From a virus (Duplodnaviria > Caudoviricetes), in the IMG/VR virus record IMGVR_UViG_3300006929_000037, positions 1 through 40,663 of that record: DNA of 40,663 nucleotides. The stretch is one strand, 5' to 3'. The notes beneath the pieces are model-generated. The model was not told the origin of the DNA, did no database searches, and worked only from the letters and a program-made list of their open reading frames with translations. Positions within the stretch are counted from its first letter, which is position 1; each line of letters starts with the position of its first letter. This document shows positions 26,201 to 35,000 of this stretch, piece by piece. A program made the position numbers and the translations under genes.

Positions 26201-29124
26201 TAGATAACGCTACTAACAATGCAAGATATAATGTCGGTGATGTAGTTGAAATAGATAGTTGGGATGCTAACAACTCAACAGGGTACCAAGTAAGAGTAAA
26301 TAAACTTCATACAATTATATCAGCAGATGAAACAGGTTCTGGGGGAATAGCAGATTCAAGTAGAGCCATATATGTGACAGCAACAAGAGTGTGGGCTGAC
26401 TTTACACAAGAAGCAGGTGGGAATGTTAGAAGAGTTAGGCAAGCAAATGGTATTTTTACAAGTGGTGATGTTTATTTTAAGCAAAGAAAACAACTATTAG
26501 GTGGAGATGCTAGAGATGTTAGTGATAGTTCAGATACAGTTGGTGGTACAAATGTAAGTGATTTAAAAGGACCTTTTCATGTTGAAGACTATATGTTTAA
26601 TGATTTTTTCAAGTCTGATACTCCAGGTTTAGGAAGGCCTCATTTATATGTTGAAGATGCAAGAAGGGTAAGAAGAATATCTTCTATGGTTTCTTCTGAG
26701 CCTGTAAATTCTTTATTAACATTTAATGGATTAAGTTCTTTTAATCCTATATTATCCCCTGTAAAAGATTATGATGTTAGTATGGGGAGCATACAAAAAA
26801 TTGTTAAACAAGGAACAGATTTAATTGTTTTTCAAGAAAATCAAGTTTCAAAAGTTTTAGTTAATAAATCTGTTTTACAGTCAGCTTCAGCTGATGAAAT
26901 AATAACACAATCTACTTTGTTTTTGGCTAATGTTCAAACACCTATAACTTCTAATTATGGTATATGTGAAAATCCAGAAAGTCATGTTCAGGTTGGGGAC
27001 ATGGACTTTTTTGTTGATATAAAAAGAGGAGCTGTTTGTGTTATGGGGGGCAATAAATTTGATGTTATATCTGACAGAGGCATGAAAAGTTTTTTTAGAA
27101 GAAAGTCAGATAAATATTTGTCTTTATCTAGTTCAGCAAAACTTAAAATTGTTGGTGGGTATGATTCAAGATATGATGAATATATAGTTAGTTTTCAAAA
27201 TTTATTAGCATCTAGTTTAGTAAATCAATCTACAGGTGACTCTGCTACTTTACCACCTGATGATACAGACCCTACAATACCAGGGGGAACAGGAGGCACA
27301 GGTACAGACAATAATCCTACTATACCAACAGAGCCTATACCTAGTGACCCTACACCTATTATGTTTTCTCCATCTCCAGATGAAATAGAATTTTTAGATA
27401 CTGGAAAGGTAGTTACAGAAATACCATTTGGAACTAGAAATGAGGAAATAGGTAGAGTTGTTCCTCCTAAAGAAAACTCACTATCTGGATTTAAATTATC
27501 TTATGAAGTTGATCCAAGGTCTAAAGCTAGGAGTTCTAAAAAGTTAACAGGTAGTGTAACATCTTCTACATCTTCTACAGCCTTAACAGGAAGTGGAACT
27601 GCTTTTGAAACTGAATTAAATGTAGGAGATACTGTTAGAACTCCAGAGGGTAAAATAGGAGAAGTTTCAAGCATAACAAATAACACAACTGCTGTGTTAA
27701 CTGCTAATGGTTCTAATGCTTTTTCTGGTAAGGTAGGCTATGCAACAGATGAAAGAGGAGGCATGCAAGTAGATTCTCAAGCACTTCAAATAAAAAGATA
27801 TAAAGAGGGGATGATGTTGTTTATATCATTTGCTCAATTAATAAATGGCAATGAGTTTCCTTTAGAAATAAAAATTGATATAGGTGGGACTTTAACAACA
27901 ATACCTGGAACATACGACCCTGTTGAAGAAACATTTACTCCAGGTGGAGATACTTATGCTTTAGTTAGGGATAACATAATAGCTTCTGATACACTAGCAT
28001 TTAGTGTAGTTGCAAATAAATGGACCTCTTTTTATTCTTATGCACCAGATTATATGGCAAAAATGAACAGTAGAATGTTTACTTTTACAGCTGGAAACTT
28101 ATACATACATGATGAAAATGAGTTAAGAAATGTTTTTTATGGTATGCAATACAAGTGTAAGGTAGATTTTATATCTAATCTTAGCCCAAATGTAAACAAA
28201 GCATATCATGCAATTAAACTAGAGGGTAGCCACCCATGGAGAGTAAATGATATAATTACAAACTTAGTTGAAAGCAGGGCTTTTAATATGGGGCATCCTG
28301 TTATAGATACAGAAAGAGGTATATTTTTAGATAATGGATCTACAACTAATTCTATTTTTGGATTGGGTAATATATCATCAACAGCTGGTAGCACAACTAT
28401 TACAGGGGTTAGGACAGATGGAGTTACATTAAAAAAGGGAGATATTATAAAATATGATGATGGTTCAATACTAGGAATATTTGATGCATATACAGGAACT
28501 GTTCCAGACCCTATAACATCTGGTGATGTAAGTATATCTCTCCAAGATAATGCCACTGTTACATTATCTAATGTATTTGCTTATGTGCAAGGTAGTGTTA
28601 ATTTTATTGGGGAAACACAAACACAAACTCTCCAAGAATTATTATCAAGTCAGGATAGCATAAATGGGACAGAGTTTGACGAAAGAGAAGGAAGATACTA
28701 TGCTGAATTAAAAAGAGCAGATGTAGCAAACCCTAATCAAAAAAATAATAAGGGTACTAATATTCTTGGCTTAGGGTTTATAACTTTAACAAATGCAAGC
28801 ACAACTGTTACTTTAACTACAGCTCAAGATAGCGTAGTTAGACAAGGAGACATAATAAGAAAAGATGGTGGAGACTTAGTTGGGACTGTGGCATCTGTAA
28901 CAAATAATACTACTATAGTTTTAGAATCTGCTTATCCAGATGCATCAGGAACTTTCTTTGGGTATGTAGAAAGAAACAATATTGCAGAGGGAGATAAGTA
29001 TAAAGGATACTATGCTAGAGTAAATATGGAGAATGACACTAATGAAAAAGCAGAGCTTTATAGTGCTTCTTTAAGTTTTACTCCTATAGAAAAGTCAACA
29101 CCCTCTAAACGAAAGTCAACATAA
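23251..29124 (+). CDS. Large tail protein (stabilisation/nozzle, crAss muzzle-like), 1957 aa
   Basis: N-terminal GLNQDSDERLV..GDYRYALN, LYFTDNLNPPRKIN, F.YRYVYDDGE.S.FS, FGIVYYD..GRS, GGYD..YDEY, WTSFYSY.P motifs. Confidence 0.78.
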   Translation: MEDSKLFIGGLNQDSDERLVDQGDYRYALNVRNITSDGSDVGVLQNVKGNKKIDVALPGGVNQVIGICEDISENSFFYFVYNSNSNHAIYEYNSVTNEARKILQNSGLRFSRSHYIVSADIIKTSLSDPDENSLGPRQRLLYFTDNLNPPRKINIDKCFNHQEENDGDNFSGGSFPLDSYGQPLNNLANNNALDTTIDRYIGAAKYAPRLAPTVAFSSDENNPINNVRDHMFQFKYRYVYDDGERSAFSSISDVAKSDIVARNNSLDGSYVSPTKDNQITITVENWIDTVKDIEIVARDGRDDTPNFVLIASIPNINTWYTGATSTPSTQDYVFDNNGNYPGVSEMDDVKLFDNLPLKAKTQKIIDKRMVYGNIEEGFDLLPVKSTTPTTSDANSNYFYDDLHVRINPFYNDKEAASYQRIFIGDFSNDSPNSTFIHQNNNSSSPISEVAVKWDITSPWALYTSDTFFLVSTESYANYSKTELTTFIDFKAFDDIGNPIQTLAPNDLAYEPDVTDTSKVKEGSSFFINFGSTEKIDIDRKVGVNNTEHTREFNINVTVERTYNSATTFSTVLDNLTSDLNAYVLDNPECSMVATAQSSNNRIKIVWSIKHFESFEYNILGRNENRDSDDVLLTSDGLHDKQNASASSGIAPGKGSFKSGASHEFGIVYYDQVGRSSFVNKSKDCEILTQFYSERIGLSVGQNNNELGDIDMYWSILHQPPEWATHYQWVYSKNTSIDEFLQFIISKRFCDRHGNIYLGLRSYSGTGDNATNTYKEGEGAVLDFVPTKGDRVRFIGRINEKRTSGVIDANTVHDLVNDFEFTDELIDIEVVDFLTDPTIDFPEKPSSSFNADAENNAFYSPAPSVNDKTGSLVDFYIKIKEPGISGYNRDDLNPSGTAPAGSSIMHFSNDKYLNSLIEVYRPKKTANKTRTYFEIGTKKEIGDAGTGTRYHKGDSGYRDQNTDTDTANTMGMVLKVDGRLAFEVVDNATNNARYNVGDVVEIDSWDANNSTGYQVRVNKLHTIISADETGSGGIADSSRAIYVTATRVWADFTQEAGGNVRRVRQANGIFTSGDVYFKQRKQLLGGDARDVSDSSDTVGGTNVSDLKGPFHVEDYMFNDFFKSDTPGLGRPHLYVEDARRVRRISSMVSSEPVNSLLTFNGLSSFNPILSPVKDYDVSMGSIQKIVKQGTDLIVFQENQVSKVLVNKSVLQSASADEIITQSTLFLANVQTPITSNYGICENPESHVQVGDMDFFVDIKRGAVCVMGGNKFDVISDRGMKSFFRRKSDKYLSLSSSAKLKIVGGYDSRYDEYIVSFQNLLASSLVNQSTGDSATLPPDDTDPTIPGGTGGTGTDNNPTIPTEPIPSDPTPIMFSPSPDEIEFLDTGKVVTEIPFGTRNEEIGRVVPPKENSLSGFKLSYEVDPRSKARSSKKLTGSVTSSTSSTALTGSGTAFETELNVGDTVRTPEGKIGEVSSITNNTTAVLTANGSNAFSGKVGYATDERGGMQVDSQALQIKRYKEGMMLFISFAQLINGNEFPLEIKIDIGGTLTTIPGTYDPVEETFTPGGDTYALVRDNIIASDTLAFSVVANKWTSFYSYAPDYMAKMNSRMFTFTAGNLYIHDENELRNVFYGMQYKCKVDFISNLSPNVNKAYHAIKLEGSHPWRVNDIITNLVESRAFNMGHPVIDTERGIFLDNGSTTNSIFGLGNISSTAGSTTITGVRTDGVTLKKGDIIKYDDGSILGIFDAYTGTVPDPITSGDVSISLQDNATVTLSNVFAYVQGSVNFIGETQTQTLQELLSSQDSINGTEFDEREGRYYAELKRADVANPNQKNNKGTNILGLGFITLTNASTTVTLTTAQDSVVRQGDIIRKDGGDLVGTVASVTNNTTIVLESAYPDASGTFFGYVERNNIAEGDKYKGYYARVNMENDTNEKAELYSASLSFTPIEKSTPSKRKST

Positions 29125-29129
29125 TTTAT

Positions 29130-29137
29130 TATATTTG
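29130..29137 (+). promoter_or_regulatory. Bacteroidota -7 promoter element TATATTTG upstream of the internal virion protein genes
   Basis: Consensus match in a 29-bp gap. Confidence 0.65.
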
Positions 29138-29153
29138 TAAAAAATAACTGAAT

Positions 29154-30176
29154 ATGGAAATACTACAATTTATATACGAAATATTAACATTTGATGTAGG
29201 AGTAGGTTCCCAACAGGCAATAGTTCCATTTCTGCCACTTATTATTGGAGGAGCTTCAGCGTTAACTAAAGGTATAATGGGTGGTGTTGCATTAAGGCAA
29301 GCTAACAAAGCAGCAGAAAACTTGCAGGAGCCATCTACAGATATACCATCTAGCATAAAAGAACTAGGTTTAACAGAAGGAACTTCAGTATCACAAAGAG
29401 AATTTGAAGAAGATGTTTTATCAAATATAAGCACAACAGCAGCTGATGTAACAAAATATGACCCAACTGCTTCTGGCAGTGGTGCTTTTTTAAAATCTCA
29501 ACAAGATACTTCAAAGCTAGCAAGTCAATTTGCATCAGGTCGTGGTCAAAGAGGAATAGAAACTGCACAAACAGTTGGGCAATTTCAAGATGCTGAAACT
29601 CAAAGAAATTTAGATTTATATACAGCTGAAGCAACAGCTATAGGGGAAGCTAAAACAGCAGCTCAAGAAAACATAGCTGGTGGTGTAACTGATTTGATGA
29701 CTGGTTTAGGGGGTTCGGTTAAAGCAGGGGCTTTTGATGCTGATGATGGTGCTTTTATTAAAGCAGAAGAAGGAACACCAGATGTAACACCAGGTAAGTT
29801 TTCACATGAAGAAAACCCAATAGATATAGTTCAGGATGGAGAAAAGATAGGTGAAGCTACAGGTAATGAAGCTATCATCGCACCAGGCGATGTTGAAGAA
29901 ATACAATCTTTTATAGATAACGAAGATAAAGATGGTTTAATGTCATTCTTATCAGCTTTGTTTACAAGATTTAAAATGCAAGAACAAGAAAGAAAACAAG
30001 CAAAAGCTGAAAAGGGGGCAATGGTTCCTGATAAGTTTAAAGGCTTTGCTAAACTACCAGAAAAGGTACAACAAAAAATGGACAAAGACCTAGCAGAAAA
30101 ATATGGACATGGGGGAATGATGATGAACAAAGGAGGAGAAAAAGGAATGGATGGTCTTTTAATAGTTAAACTATAA
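29154..30176 (+). CDS. Putative internal virion (ejection/cargo) protein
   Basis: G/A-rich hydrophobic N-terminal segments typical of ejection proteins; modular C-terminus with GKFSHEE and KYGHGG motifs. Confidence 0.65.
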   Translation: MEILQFIYEILTFDVGVGSQQAIVPFLPLIIGGASALTKGIMGGVALRQANKAAENLQEPSTDIPSSIKELGLTEGTSVSQREFEEDVLSNISTTAADVTKYDPTASGSGAFLKSQQDTSKLASQFASGRGQRGIETAQTVGQFQDAETQRNLDLYTAEATAIGEAKTAAQENIAGGVTDLMTGLGGSVKAGAFDADDGAFIKAEEGTPDVTPGKFSHEENPIDIVQDGEKIGEATGNEAIIAPGDVEEIQSFIDNEDKDGLMSFLSALFTRFKMQEQERKQAKAEKGAMVPDKFKGFAKLPEKVQQKMDKDLAEKYGHGGMMMNKGGEKGMDGLLIVKL

Positions 30177-32008
30177 TGGCAAAAGCAGTAAATCCACTTA
30201 CTCTGGCTACACCAGATTTGAATAAGGCTATGCCTACTTCTGAGATTTTGTTAGCACAAGAAGCAGCGAACAGAAAACAAGCACCAAGTTACAGACAAAA
30301 TAATTTATCTTCTGAGATTGGTAGGTTAAAACAATCTATTTACGATCCAAACTTTGAGCTTGCTGCTAATGAAATAACAAAACTATATGAAAGTTATTTA
30401 GATGGAACTACTGTTTTAGAGGATGGAACTACTGTTGACAACTATCAGCTTGCTTCTTTGCAACCACAATCAATAACAGATAATAAAATATTAAGAGATG
30501 CTACAACTAATTATCAGCAAAATTTAAGTAGTGTTTTAAGACAGGCTAATAGTATATTTTCTGCAACTAATACTGATTTTTCTAAAGTTAATGAAATTTT
30601 TCAACAGATTACTAGTGTTTCAGATAGTGAGTATAATAACACATATAATCAATCTTTATATGATGACTTTAATAAAAGAAGAAACAATGCTACAGGTCAA
30701 ATTGTTTTAGATGACAATGGTCAAATAAAATTTGAAGTTTTTAACCCTGATGCACCAGAAGGTCAACAGCAGCAGTATTTATCTTACTCAGAGCTATATA
30801 GGTTTGATAAGACTAAACTAATAAAATCTGCAAATTTTAATGATGCTAGAGATAATTTATCATATATAACTACAATGGTTTCTGAAAGTGATTTAGAAGG
30901 TGGAGACAGAGTAACAGAAAAAAATGAAATTTTTAGCGATGAGGATAACTTTCCAATACTTTCTGATTTTTATGTTGCTGACCCATCCAGAGTTGATGCA
31001 GAGGGAAATGCTATAAGTGGTTATGATTTTTCAGGAGATTTAACTAATTTTTCTTTTAATCCATCTGGTTACTTTTCTTTTGATAATTATATTAGGAAGC
31101 CATCTACAAAACTTTCTAATGGTAGTGATATAGATCAAGATATAAAAACCTATTTAGCTGTTCACGCAAAAGGGCTTTTAGATAGTGGGGAATTAATAAA
31201 CCCAGCAATGAACTCTGAAGCTTGGAAAAAACTTGGCACAGGGACAACTCTGGGTGAAGAAATATTATTTTTAACTAATAATATGATAAACGATGAATAT
31301 GAATTAGTTAAAAGAAATCTAGGTGTAAAGACATATGATGAATATCAAGCAATTAAAGTTTCTGAAACTATATCTGAGCAAAAAGGACCAGGACCAGGAA
31401 CAACAGGTGCCTATGGTAATAGAGACTCAAGCTGGTTCTTTGATAATATGACAGCAGATACACAGAGTGTTGGTGGTAATGAAGTTACATCTATATACAA
31501 CACAGCTGTAACTAAAAAGACAATAGATACAGGTTACAAGTCAGAAAAATATTATTATAACATAGGAGGATCTTTTGGTTTGGTACCTGGAAGCAATGAT
31601 ATTGGGGCCATTAACAATGTACCATTTAGTGCACAGCAAATGACAATACTAGCATTTGATGATAGTGGAAACCCACTAACACCTCAGCAAGAAGATCAGT
31701 TATTAACAAACAATCAAAATGTTACATATAAAGCTGTTTTAGGTGGGACTATAAATACAAAAGAAAGTAGACCACTAAAGTTTGGTATAGCTGAAATGAC
31801 TGACTCTGTAGCCTCTGATAGTTATAATGGATTTATGGTTTTCACAGAGGGTGATGTGGATAGTTTTTCTAAAGAAAATAAAGCTGATGCATTAGCTTTA
31901 CTTAAATTAGTTCAAAATCCAGACTTTGCTAAGAATAGAAAAGAATTTTTACAAAAAACAAACTTTAGAATGGGTGGAATAATCCCAGTTAGTTTAGGAA
32001 TAAAATAA
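30176..32008 (+). CDS. Putative internal virion (ejection/cargo) protein, 610 aa
   Basis: Position between a small ejection-like protein and the giant protein; MAKAV start; ends ...NFRMGGIIPVSLGIK. Confidence 0.6.
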   Translation: MAKAVNPLTLATPDLNKAMPTSEILLAQEAANRKQAPSYRQNNLSSEIGRLKQSIYDPNFELAANEITKLYESYLDGTTVLEDGTTVDNYQLASLQPQSITDNKILRDATTNYQQNLSSVLRQANSIFSATNTDFSKVNEIFQQITSVSDSEYNNTYNQSLYDDFNKRRNNATGQIVLDDNGQIKFEVFNPDAPEGQQQQYLSYSELYRFDKTKLIKSANFNDARDNLSYITTMVSESDLEGGDRVTEKNEIFSDEDNFPILSDFYVADPSRVDAEGNAISGYDFSGDLTNFSFNPSGYFSFDNYIRKPSTKLSNGSDIDQDIKTYLAVHAKGLLDSGELINPAMNSEAWKKLGTGTTLGEEILFLTNNMINDEYELVKRNLGVKTYDEYQAIKVSETISEQKGPGPGTTGAYGNRDSSWFFDNMTADTQSVGGNEVTSIYNTAVTKKTIDTGYKSEKYYYNIGGSFGLVPGSNDIGAINNVPFSAQQMTILAFDDSGNPLTPQQEDQLLTNNQNVTYKAVLGGTINTKESRPLKFGIAEMTDSVASDSYNGFMVFTEGDVDSFSKENKADALALLKLVQNPDFAKNRKEFLQKTNFRMGGIIPVSLGIK

Positions 32009-32020
32009 TAATTTATAACA

Positions 32021-35000
32021 ATGGTAGATAAGTTACATGAAAAGCTTTCGTTAGACCCTAACTACTCTGATGTAGGAACTTTGTCTCAGTTTAGAGATTT
32101 TTTAACTGATGCAGAAAATGCAAGAAGCATTTATAATGCTATTGAAACAAACAAAGACTACACAACTTTTACTAGAGGAGATTTTAATGCTTTCTTCTCA
32201 GATGTAAAAAAAAAAGATTTGGATGGCTCTACATCTGGATTGGTAGCTGGAGGATCGGAGCAATCAGGTCCTAGGTTTCAGTCATCAAAAGAGATTATAG
32301 CAGAAGCTGGTCCAACTTTTAAGGGAGGTGTAACAAAGGTTATGTTTCTTGACCCCTCTAATCCATATAGTCTAGCACCAGGTAAATATATACAACAAGG
32401 CAACAAGATATACAACATGCTTGGAGTAGAGGTGTTTGAAGTTGCCCCAGATAACGCTATACCTATAAAACCACAAGACATAGATGAATCTTTATTTAAC
32501 ACAAAAGTTGTAAAGAAGTTTCAAATAGGTGGATTTATTACACCAGGTGGTGGTGCATCAGGTGCTATTTTTGACGATGGCATGATGTTCGTAGAAGAAA
32601 ACTCTCAAGACCCTGACTTATTAGAAGTTAGTTATAATATAGGTAAAGAAGAAAGAGATGAAGAAAAAGAAACAAAAAAAGAAGAGGAAGAAGAAAAGAA
32701 AAAAATAGATTTATCTAATCAAGTTACATCTTCAGAAAGACAAGAATTTTCTAATTTTCTTGCAAGAGAAAACTGGACAACATATCAAGACCAAGTTAAA
32801 GGTTATATTAATAGAACATATTCTTCACAAGAAATAAAAGAGTTTGAGGATGAAGGTTCTAACTGGTGGAATAAAGAAACAAACCCAGGAGTAGATGCAC
32901 CTGAGATTACCTTACCACCATCTAAAAAGAAAATAGTAGATGATTTTATTAGCGAAAACTTTACAGAGGGGCAACTAAAGGGAATAGACTTAAGAGAATT
33001 TTCTTTTTTCCTAGATAGAAAAGGTTTTAGCGAAAAAGGAATTTTATTTGATAAATCAGTTTTTGTTGATGATAAAAAGAAATATGAGTTAGTTAATGAA
33101 TTTTTAGGTTCAAAAATGCAGGTTGTAGATAACGACAGAAACATTTTAAATGCTAGACTTGAGTTAACTCCAAACATAGAAGAATATACAGAAAAACTAG
33201 ATTCATTAGATAATTTAAATCAGACCATACAAGGTATTATAAAAAAATACAATCTCACTCCAGATGATCAGGGTATGTTAGTTGCAACAAATCCTGATAC
33301 AGTTATTGACCCAAATGATATTGCTTTATTTGAAAAGACATCAAACATATATAATGAGACTGTAAACAGATTAAATGAAATAGATCCAAATAAAAATATA
33401 CCAAAACTATATAATTCTTTATTAACTAATGAGACAGAAGAAAATGATGTTAAGTCAGGGTGGCAAAATGTAAATATACAGGAGTTCCCATTATACTATA
33501 AGGAAACACAAAATCAATTAGCTGTAGATAGAAAGTATGCTGACATAAAAGAAAATGGCAGTTTAGTTAAACAAAAGTTTTATAATTTTAAAAGGGGTAT
33601 AGGTGCTCTTGGAGAAAGTTTAAATAGAAGTGTTTTTAGTACAGCAGCAGCAATAACAAATGCTGCTACTTATCTTCAGAAGCTATATGGTTCTACAACA
33701 GAGTCACTTGGACTAGGGGGGGTTGGTGCTTCTTTTGATGATGGACTTTATAGCTCTGGTGAGTTTTTTAGTGATTTATTTACTAGGCAAGCAGAAAAAA
33801 ATATTTTTATGGAGCCATCTCAAAAAATGTTTCAAAGGGGTCATATGATAACAGGTTCTGATGGGAATCAGTATTATGTTTCTGAAAACAAACAAGGAGA
33901 GATAAGAGCTTATGACCCAAATAAAGTTGAAAGATTTGTTGGTAAAGATTTAATGAAAGAACTTTCAGAAGGGTATGCTTTAAAAGAATTTAACAAAGAA
34001 CCTTTAATTGGTAAAAGAGATTGGTTTGCTACTGTGCCTAATAGTATAGAAGCAGCAGGTACTTTATTTTATTTAATGTATACTGGTAGAGTATTTCAAA
34101 AAGGGCTTGAAAAAACTTTTAGCAAAGCTATAAGTAAAAACTCAGGACTTATTGTTTCTAGTTACCTGCTAACTGAAAATGATTTATATAGAAGAGCAGT
34201 AGAAGAAGGATTAAGCGAAACAGAAGCTAATGCTTTTTCAACTAGTGCTAGTTTATCTATAGCTTTATTAGAACTTATAAACCCTAACTATAAAATATTA
34301 GGGGGTGCTGATAATCAAGTGGTAAATAATGCTTTAGCTGCTTTTACCAAAGCTAGATCTAAGGGAAGTAAAAACTTAATTAGCTTAACAAAAGAAACAA
34401 AAAAAGGAGCAAAGCTAAAGTTTGATTATAAAACAAGTTTAGTAAATGCTAAAAAAGAAGTGTCTGATGTTATATTTAGAAGTGTTCCATTAGAGGTTGC
34501 TCAAGAATTATCTCAAACAATATCTGAGTCTGCTAACGAAATATTATTTAGAGAGGCTACAGGTAAAGATGTTTTTGACCCAGCCATATCATCTGATGAA
34601 TTTGCAGAAACAGCTGTTTTAACAGCAGGTGCAGTGATAGTAGCTAGAAGTGGGAATATAGCATCATCTTTAAAGGATACAAAAAATAGTAGGTCTTGGT
34701 GGGATTATGCAGCAAGCAATTATGATAAATTAGAAAATCAAGTGGCCCTTGATATTGAAAATGGGTTGTATGATGCACAGACAGGTTTTGATTTAATGGC
34801 TAATGTTTTTGCTTATAAAATAGCAGCTAAAAAAATACCCACAGGTATTCCTGATGATTTAAAAATGGAAGCTACTGCTTTACAGGTAGAGATTGACAAA
34901 CTAGAAAAACAAAAAGAAGGCAAAAATGCAGCAGTTGTTCTTCAGCTTCAGGGAGAAATACAAGATTTAGAAAAACAATTAAGTAATGTTTTGGGTTCTA

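Noticed and set aside
31126-31141. DIDQD in the 610-aa protein as an RNA polymerase DxDxD motif; giant ORF as a crAss-type virion RNAP
   Set aside because: No DFDxD or double-psi-barrel context recognised; the giant ORF shows polyvalent-protein domains instead (by eye only, and the ORF is truncated)
32206-32215. A10 run near the start of the giant ORF as a slippage/frameshift site
   Set aside because: The frame stays open through it (DVKKKD) and no alternative long frame follows; unsupported without read data
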